Part shown: one piece after another, positions 38,817-44,922 of the stretch
Layout of the letters: each line of letters begins with the position of its first letter
Position numbering within the stretch: the stretch's first letter is position 1
NCBI RefSeq assembly: GCF_004353825.1
Contig: NZ_SMNA01000006.1
Coordinates: 434,001-478,922, forward strand
Source of the DNA: Occultella glacieicola
GTDB taxonomy: Bacteria; Actinomycetota; Actinomycetes; Actinomycetales; Beutenbergiaceae
Length of the DNA stretch: 44,922 bases
Direction: 5' to 3'
Program-made: the position numbers and the translations under genes
The notes under the pieces: generated by a model
Seen by the model: the letters and a program-made list of their open reading frames with translations, nothing else
The model's database searches: none
What the model was told of the DNA's origin: nothing

Positions 38817-39077
38817 GTTCTCGTGCTCCTGACGGTCGGCAACCGCCGACCAGCGTCGTCGTTGACAGTGCGGAACCTGGATCCTGGCACAGGATACTCA
38901 ATATGGCTAGAGCCACTTGGCTTCACTGGTGACCGACAGGACACCACAATTGAGCCCTCTGTTCAATATGCCCAGACTGTGGTGCCGCACCTCAGCGCAG
39001 CGCACCACCCTCCACCCGCGCGAACCTGCGGGATCGGGTCGAAGCTCTCGAGACCGCGCTCGGCGGGATCGTCCGAC

Positions 39078-39449
39078 CTACTGGTGGTCGGGGATGGGGG
39101 TCTGCTGGTAGAGGGCGAGTCGCCACGCGTCGCCCTGCCGCGTGTACACGCTCGACATCAGAGCGTGGAACTCAGGTTCGTCCGGGCCCCGGGAGGCGCG
39201 GCCGGTGTAGACCAGGGCGACCGTGCGGTCGTCGAGAGTGATCAGGCGTTCGTCACTGAGGTGATACTCGAGCCACGGTGGTGCGTCGTTGAGCGAAGCA
39301 ACGACTGCGTCCCGGTCGAGCACGAAGCCATGGGCGAGGACCATCACCGCATCCTCGGTCATGAGCCGGCCGTAGAAATCGGCGCCGCGGCTCTCACACA
39401 ACGACGTCCAGCCCTCGTGCTCCAGGTCCAGGATCTCCTTCAAGGCCAT
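39078..39449 (-). CDS. NTF2-like / DUF4440 family protein
   Basis: 123 aa; ends SSVYTRQGDAWRLALYQQTP; RBS GAGGA. Confidence 0.8.
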   Translation of the reverse strand: MALKEILDLEHEGWTSLCESRGADFYGRLMTEDAVMVLAHGFVLDRDAVVASLNDAPPWLEYHLSDERLITLDDRTVALVYTGRASRGPDEPEFHALMSSVYTRQGDAWRLALYQQTPIPDHQ

Positions 39450-39561
39450 TCCTCAAGGGTAGGAGGTCGAGGCAAGTCCGGACCCGGCTCCGCTCGAGCA
39501 CGCCTCCGAGTCGGCCAGGATCTGGCGACGACCTGCTGACGCGTCGGGCTATCGACGGACC

Positions 39562-39944
39562 TCAGGCGGCGGAGCGCGTGTTGCTCGCTTCGGTCGGAGG
39601 GTTGGTCTTCGCCTCGCCAGATCGGCTCGCTGCGGCCTGTGCGTTCTGTTGGTGGATGTGCCAGTTGCCCATGACGGTGCTGGCGGCGTCCACGAAGTGC
39701 AGCGGGCCGCCGCCGATGGGAGTCAGGGGGTGGGTGGCGTCGATCTCCGGTGTTTGCGAGGAAGCGTTGCTGGCGGCGGTCTCGGGCGCTTCCGCGGAAG
39801 CGTGGCTGGCGGTGATCTCGGGAAGCCCGCGGCAGCGGCGCCCGCTCGCGCGAGGGTGCGGGCACGGGGTGAGGATCCGGCCGTCGGGGTGGTGAAGTAG
39901 ACGGTCCCGTCTTCTCGCAAGGTGATGTCGTAGTTGCCTTCGTG
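39562..39944 (-). pseudogene. Frameshifted C-terminal remnant of a DUF222/HNH-endonuclease-type gene
   Basis: HEGNYDITLREDGTVYFTTP in one frame continues as PDGRILT...TPIGGGPLHFVDAA in another (shift near 39885); no N-terminus. Confidence 0.5.
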
Positions 39945-40108
39945 GCCCGAGCGCGAGCCGGATGCCGCTAACGATCACCGCACCGCCGCCGATAGGAGGA
40001 GATGAGAGGCAAGTGTCGATGCTCGCTCACGGCGCGCCTCGACCATCAAGGAACGACGGCAGATCGGCGCGCGACGAGCGGCCGACGTAGGACGAGGAAT
40101 ACAGCACC

Positions 40109-41029
40109 TTGAGCACCCCACCACCTGGATACGGTCAGCCCCCGCCGCCGAGCGCGTTCGCACCGCCGCCCGGTCCGGGTGCGTATCCGACCGCACCGCC
40201 GCCCCGCCGGTCCGAGACAGGCTCGTCGTACGGCGGCTCCGGGACGCTCCACGGCCCCACCGGCGCGCCGCCTACTGCCGGGACGCCCAAGAAGCGGCAC
40301 GGGTGGCTTCTCCCGACGGTCGTCGGCGCCCTTGCGCTGTTCGTCGGTGTGAGCGTCGGCGCCTCCGGCGGCACCGACTCCTCGACCGAGCTCGCCGCAC
40401 TGGAGGAGGAGAACGCCCAGCTCTCGCGCGAGAACAATGAGTTGCTCTCGGCGAACGAGGCGCTCCAGGCCGAGAACGAGTCGGTGCAGACCGCCGCGGA
40501 CGCTGTAGACCCAGGTCCCGTCGTCGAACCGACGGACCCGGCCACGGCGACCGGCCCGACGACCGCGCCCGCGGACGCCCCGGACTTCACCCGCACGAGT
40601 CCCGGCGCTATCGGGACGACCACCACCATTGGCGACCGGGGCGAGTCCTGGGACGTGACGCTTGGGGCTCCGACGTTCAACGCCGACGATTCCGTTGCGG
40701 CCGAGAACATGTTCAACGATCCGGCTCCGGACGGTCTCGCCTACGTGATCGTGCCGGTCACGGCCACCTACCACGGCGCCGAGACGAGCAACCTGTGGCT
40801 CGATATCGACGTCACGTTCGTGACGGCATCCGGCAACAGCTACGACGAGTCCACGAGCTTCGTGGTGGGCCCGGGTGACCTCTCCGACCTCGGCGAGTTG
40901 TACGACGGCGCCTCCGGCACCGGCAACGTCACCATGGCGATCCCCGTCGGCGCTCAGGATGAGGCCGGGGCCACCTGGTCGGTGCAGGCCGGCTGGTTCA
41001 ATGAGCCGGTGTTCTTCGCGGCACGCTGA
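40109..41029 (+). CDS. Membrane-anchored protein: Pro-rich N-terminus, single TM, coiled coil, DUF4352-like beta-sandwich
   Basis: PPPGYGQPPP, TM WLLPTVVGALALFVGVSVG, LEEENAQLSRENNELLSANEAL, ENMFNDPAPDG..YVIVPVTATY; RBS GAGGA before TTG. Confidence 0.75.
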   Translation: MSTPPPGYGQPPPPSAFAPPPGPGAYPTAPPPRRSETGSSYGGSGTLHGPTGAPPTAGTPKKRHGWLLPTVVGALALFVGVSVGASGGTDSSTELAALEEENAQLSRENNELLSANEALQAENESVQTAADAVDPGPVVEPTDPATATGPTTAPADAPDFTRTSPGAIGTTTTIGDRGESWDVTLGAPTFNADDSVAAENMFNDPAPDGLAYVIVPVTATYHGAETSNLWLDIDVTFVTASGNSYDESTSFVVGPGDLSDLGELYDGASGTGNVTMAIPVGAQDEAGATWSVQAGWFNEPVFFAAR

Positions 41030-41150
41030 CGAGAGGCGATGTCGCGCTGCACGCGGAGGCACGGGACGGACTGGCAAAACCAGTCTTCACACCGGATCGT
41101 CGTTCGCCCGGGCGTTCCCACCTCCCAGGATCCCGTGAGCACCGACAAGA

Positions 41151-41182
41151 AAGGGCCAGACGGCTGACGCCGTCTGGCCCTT
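41151..41182. terminator. Intrinsic terminator (14-bp perfect stem), native terminator of the tRNA locus, probably bidirectional
   Basis: AAGGGCCAGACGGC-TGAC-GCCGTCTGGCCCTT with A/T-rich flanks. Confidence 0.82.
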
Positions 41183-41187
41183 CATTT

Positions 41188-41222
41188 GTCGGGCTGACAG
41201 GATTTGAACCTGCGACCCCTTG
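41188..41222 (-). tRNA. 3' fragment only of tRNA-Pro(GGG): att-site duplication, not an intact tRNA
   Basis: Minus strand CAAGGGGTCGCAGGTTCAAATCCTGTCAGCCCGAC gives the anticodon-stem 3' strand, T-arm and acceptor 3' strand; the 5' half is absent. Isotype assigned from the recalled actinobacterial tRNA-Pro(GGG) sequence. Confidence 0.82.
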
Positions 41223-41445
41223 GAGGATCCGGTTGATTTCCGGTCTCCGCCGATCGTCTCGGGAACTCGCGGACTCCCTTGTGTTTACAGGGAACCGGGC
41301 GGTTCGCTTGATCCGAGTGTAGCCGGTTATCAACGGTCCGCTACGTAGGATTGAGATGGGTTTGTGGTCGGCGCGAGAGCCTCGAACTTGCAGCCCGATG
41401 TAACGCAGACGAGGCGACGCTGGGTCCCGTTCGCGGGCGTACGAG

Positions 41446-44400
41446 TCAGGATGAGCACCGAACCTCGGTGCGAGCGAGCCCGCCGACCGCATTGTGGAAG
41501 AAGACCAAGAACTCTCGTACTTGCCCGGCCGAGATAGTCCCCGCACGGAGGTCCTCTCGAAGCCGTTGGACGCTCAATCCGGGCTGCACGATGACGATCT
41601 TGGAGTTGAGGTGTGGGGCTCGTGCAGCGATCGACTCATCCGGACGCTCGGGAAACAGGCCACAGAGGGCAAGGAGGTCTTCTCGGTCCCCTGCCAGAAC
41701 GGTGAGACGTGGTGACTCGGCACCAGTCAATCGGCGTCCGATTCGGTTCCACAGCTGTCGGTCTGTGAGATGACGTCGACTCTTCGCGGCCTGCTGCGTG
41801 ACCACTTCCATATCCGTGACCCGCGCCCCTGGCGTTGAGTTAGACGATGGCTTCGAGTGCCAGAGCTCGATCGACATCCGGCCACCGAGATTCCTTTGGA
41901 TGACGACGTGATCCGCGATCTCGCCTCCTCCATCGTTGTGCAACACCCATCTCGATGCGCCGGGCTCGGGTGTCACTTCCACGAGAGTCTCCTGGACCCA
42001 TTCGTGAATCGAGTCGGTTCGATTTGGTCGAGGTGTTTCTCTCGTGATGTCAACGCTTTCCCAGCTACTCGGCACGAGATCAACGTCAGGAAGAAATGAT
42101 CCCGTTCGGGGCGGTTGAAAGGTGACAGGCCCCATCGTGCTCCGCCCATCGCCGAAATATATGAGGGGCGGATGCGCTTCGAACAGCAGATTGAACGTCG
42201 TTGAGTTGCCCATTCCGCGGTGGAGCTCTTCCGACCCGCCCAGGGTAGTGAATTTGCCGGTCACCGTCATCTCGGCAGTCCACACATCAATGCCCTCGTC
42301 CCGCGGGTCATAAACCCGGAGAAAGACTTGGCTCTGCGTGGCCTCCCGGTCTGCCAGCGGCGCAATCTCCAGTTCCTCGATCGGACACCCGTCCGGGAGC
42401 GTGTATGAGGCCCCCAGAAGTGCTGGGTTCAATTCCACAGCAATGACTGGAGGATGGAACTCGTCGGTTCTCGCACCCTTCGAGACGTTGGGTAACAGTG
42501 GGCCCGATTCGGTGGGTCTCGGGAACCAATAGCGGCGGGCGAGATCGACCGCGAAGGCTTCGTAGTCGCGCAGTCCTAAGTATCGAGTCTCCCAGTACTT
42601 TGATTTGTTCACAGCAAGACCTGCCGTGGTTGCCTGGCCTGAGTCGACTCGAACTTGGGCCATCGCGTGGCCAAGCCCTCGTCCGTTCGTGTCGGCTTCA
42701 CGTAGGCCTCGATCGATCCCACTTCCTGCGAACGTTGCATAGGCTGGCGTGCCGGGCACGGCCGCGAAAGTGTTTCGTACGCCCACCGAGGAGACTGATA
42801 GACGCTCCACGCTGTCAAATGCCTCCTGGAGGAACCCAGGATTGCCGTTCCTCAGCATATTCGATGGATCGAGAATCTCTCGGATCGCGTTGAGGAGTCC
42901 TAGATCTTGCGCGTTGAGTAGCAGGAGATGAGAGCGGTTGATGTCTGCGCTCTTCTGCCAGCTCACAACGGCTAGCTCGAAGACGCTTCGGGTGAGTTCG
43001 GTGCCTGAGTACCATTTGGGCTTCTCAGTCTCAGACGTAATGATCACCAACTGTGTTGCGTGTTGGTTGAGGCCAGCGTATGCAATGTGCCGCCCCAGAA
43101 GGCGTTGACCTGCCTGCAGACCGTCCGGCACTCCTTCTCCAAACCCGGGGTCGAACGGAACCCCACGCGGCACCTCCAGCAGCACTGCGCGCGTCAGCGG
43201 CTTGACGGCCGCCAGGTCGAAGCTCTCCGGCGGATCGTCGAACGCGCTGAGGTACTCCCGGTCTCGCCGCTCACGCTCAATCTCCTCATCGATCAGGGTG
43301 GGGAGTATCGTCGCCCAGTCAGCGTCTTCGCGGTACAGCTCGCGTAGCGCCCCCTGAAGAACTGGGTAGACATCTTCGTCATGGACGGTGACCAGGACGG
43401 ACTGCTGCGGGTACTCCGCATTCGCGCGTGCGAGGCGCCCAATGAACTGCATAGTGGCCGGTGTCGACTTGTGCTTATCGTGATAGCCAACGATCCGCAG
43501 GTTTGGAACATTCACCCCCTCGCCCAGCATGTCCACTGCGACAACCGCGCGGATCCTGCCCGCGCGCCAACCGCTGAGAATATCCTCGCGATCTGCAATC
43601 GATGTCGAGCCGATGAGTACCTGGGCGTCTACTCCCTTCCTTGCATAGATCGCCTGGACGACTCCAGCACGCGCGACGGTGTTCACACGTATCAGAGCGA
43701 CGCTCGTCGCATGTTCAGCGAGGGACAACTGGCTGGCAACCTCCGCTGCGATCGCCTCATCCTTTGCCTCGTCCGTGATTGGCGACCCGAGTTCAAGTAC
43801 CCGCGGAAGCACCGAGTGGAAGATACCGTCGGCAATTGCCGCGCGCAGCGGAAAGTGATAGGCATGCGTTCCCGGTAGAAGCTTTCCGTCAGCGCGGCGC
43901 GGCGTCGCCGTGAGCAGGACCGCTCGAGCGCTAGGAAAGTGGTCGAGGATTGCCCGCCACGTTTTAGCGGGCGCGTGATGGGCTTCGTCGATGATGAGGA
44001 GATCGAAGAGTCCTGGATCAGGAAGGTCCGCTTCATCCATGTGGTCTGGACTGATCGAGTTGGGGAGCGCTACGACAACGTCGACTTGCTGGAGACGAGA
44101 CCAGTCAATGTTGCGTCCTTTCACCTCCTCAACGATCGGTCCAGGACTCGCACGATTGAGTGCTCCCACGGCCAGGAGATCCTGTTGACTGCGAAAAGCC
44201 GCGCTCAACTGACCCCTAAGCTCCGTACTTGGCACTACAACGAGCGTCCTCTTAGCCCTTGCTAAATACGGAAGCGCAGTCGCTATCGCAGTCTTTCCCG
44301 ATCCGGTGGGGATCGAGACAAGCAATCTTTCTTCTGGTTCCAGCGTCCATTGACTTGAGATCGCGGCTAGTGCACCGACCTGCGGGCGTCGCCAGGCCGG

Positions 44401-44466
44401 ATCACCGGGCTTTCGCATCAATGCGAAATCGACGTAGTCACTCTCGTAGTGCGACACGCGAAGCAT
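41446..44466 (-). CDS. SF2 DEAD/DEAH-box (Res-like) helicase with long C-terminal region ending in a PD-(D/E)XK-like nuclease motif; candidate defence protein
   Basis: PTGSGKT, IIDEAHH, LTATP, DMLGEGVNVP, MQFIGRLAR; C-terminal GEIADHV...IELWHSK...QQAAKS. ATG 44466 with AAGGTG RBS (GTG 44472 alternative). Confidence 0.85.
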   Translation of the reverse strand: MLRVSHYESDYVDFALMRKPGDPAWRRPQVGALAAISSQWTLEPEERLLVSIPTGSGKTAIATALPYLARAKRTLVVVPSTELRGQLSAAFRSQQDLLAVGALNRASPGPIVEEVKGRNIDWSRLQQVDVVVALPNSISPDHMDEADLPDPGLFDLLIIDEAHHAPAKTWRAILDHFPSARAVLLTATPRRADGKLLPGTHAYHFPLRAAIADGIFHSVLPRVLELGSPITDEAKDEAIAAEVASQLSLAEHATSVALIRVNTVARAGVVQAIYARKGVDAQVLIGSTSIADREDILSGWRAGRIRAVVAVDMLGEGVNVPNLRIVGYHDKHKSTPATMQFIGRLARANAEYPQQSVLVTVHDEDVYPVLQGALRELYREDADWATILPTLIDEEIERERRDREYLSAFDDPPESFDLAAVKPLTRAVLLEVPRGVPFDPGFGEGVPDGLQAGQRLLGRHIAYAGLNQHATQLVIITSETEKPKWYSGTELTRSVFELAVVSWQKSADINRSHLLLLNAQDLGLLNAIREILDPSNMLRNGNPGFLQEAFDSVERLSVSSVGVRNTFAAVPGTPAYATFAGSGIDRGLREADTNGRGLGHAMAQVRVDSGQATTAGLAVNKSKYWETRYLGLRDYEAFAVDLARRYWFPRPTESGPLLPNVSKGARTDEFHPPVIAVELNPALLGASYTLPDGCPIEELEIAPLADREATQSQVFLRVYDPRDEGIDVWTAEMTVTGKFTTLGGSEELHRGMGNSTTFNLLFEAHPPLIYFGDGRSTMGPVTFQPPRTGSFLPDVDLVPSSWESVDITRETPRPNRTDSIHEWVQETLVEVTPEPGASRWVLHNDGGGEIADHVVIQRNLGGRMSIELWHSKPSSNSTPGARVTDMEVVTQQAAKSRRHLTDRQLWNRIGRRLTGAESPRLTVLAGDREDLLALCGLFPERPDESIAARAPHLNSKIVIVQPGLSVQRLREDLRAGTISAGQVREFLVFFHNAVGGLARTEVRCSS

Positions 44467-44801
44467 GGGCACACCTTAGCGCGACCGCGCCCTGGCCCAG
44501 CGTTGCCATCGCGCGAGTGATACTGAATCGTACTGAGGCACCGCGCGTGTCTTCAGGCGCTGCTCGCGGTGGCGTTGGCGACCCGCAGAAGAGTGCCGAT
44601 GGCCGGTGCTCTGATGAGCTCCTTCTTTCCTCCGTATGACTTCGGGCGCGATGAGGTCTTCCAGGAAGTTGTGCGGCGCGATCGCTAGTGCGTGGCTGAC
44701 GGATTCATCCACCCAGCGTCGACGCACCAGACGGCCGGATAAGATGCGCGTCCTCGATGACGGGCGCACCGGAGAGTTGAGCGGTACGCCCTCCGACAAC
44801 C

Positions 44802-44922
44802 TGGGGACTGCTGCACGGGTAGGTGGCATCTGATCTGGCTTGCCCGGGAGGGCGGCCTGGAAGGATGTTGCTGTGCCAAAGCCCTACCCGAGTGAGTTTC
44901 GTGACGACGTTGTCCGCGTCGC
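44802..44922 (+). mobile_element. IS3-family insertion sequence, left end (partial)
   Basis: Terminal-IR-like TGGGGACTGCTGCACGGGTAGGTGGCA followed by RBS GGAAGGA and the OrfA start; exact end uncertain by about 2 bp. Confidence 0.75.
44873..44922 (+). CDS. IS3-family transposase OrfA, N-terminus (truncated by the window)
   Basis: GTG-initiated MPKPYPSEFRDDVVRVA, the typical Y..EF+ start of IS3 OrfA. Confidence 0.8.
   Translation, partial: MPKPYPSEFRDDVVRV

Larger units (their letters stand above)
41188..44922. mobile_element. Left end of a tRNA-Pro-integrated genomic island (continues beyond the window)
   Basis: att fragment, visible drop in GC and third-position GC after 41222, helicase cargo and IS3 end. 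Confidence 0.75.

Noticed and set aside
41188..41262. Intact tRNA gene
   Set aside because: The D-arm, anticodon loop and 5' acceptor strand are missing; it is only a 3' fragment.
41446..44466. Type III or type I restriction subunit of a classical R-M system
   Set aside because: No methyltransferase or specificity gene flanks it in the window, though genes beyond the IS cannot be seen.
44476..44829. 117-aa ORF as an independent gene
   Set aside because: Its start lies inside the IS inverted repeat and it has no recognisable motif; kept only as a possible interrupted stub.

Overview
High-GC actinobacterial chromosome segment; gene content suggests Micrococcales (inference). (1) 1-7 kb: heterodimeric ABC exporter, SDR, serine hydrolase, sugar O-acetyltransferase and a membrane protein. 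(2) 7.1-29.2 kb: a large uncharacterised carbohydrate-catabolism locus with two regulators, two atypical DHDPS-family aldolases, Gfo/Idh/MocA, nitrilase-family hydrolase, 2-hydroxyacid dehydrogenase, sugar ABC importer, FAD oxidoreductase, epimerase, and two secreted proteins carrying three paralogous beta-propeller modules plus duplicated discoidin domains. No recognisable glycoside hydrolase is present in it. (3) A KTSC gene. (4) 29.6-37.6 kb: a GntR-associated cluster (two Asp/Glu-racemase paralogues, dehydrogenase, amidase, DUF3830-like, class-III aminotransferase, aldehyde dehydrogenase) with a shared 16-bp operator, possibly a non-canonical ectoine-type catabolic route. (5) GH76, an NTF2-like gene, an HNH-gene remnant and a membrane protein. 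(6) From 41188: the 3' fragment of tRNA-Pro(GGG) (att site) opens a lower-GC island carrying a ~1000-aa SF2 helicase with a nuclease-like C-terminus (candidate anti-phage gene) and the left end of an IS3-family element. All calls are from motif recognition by eye; no database searches were run.
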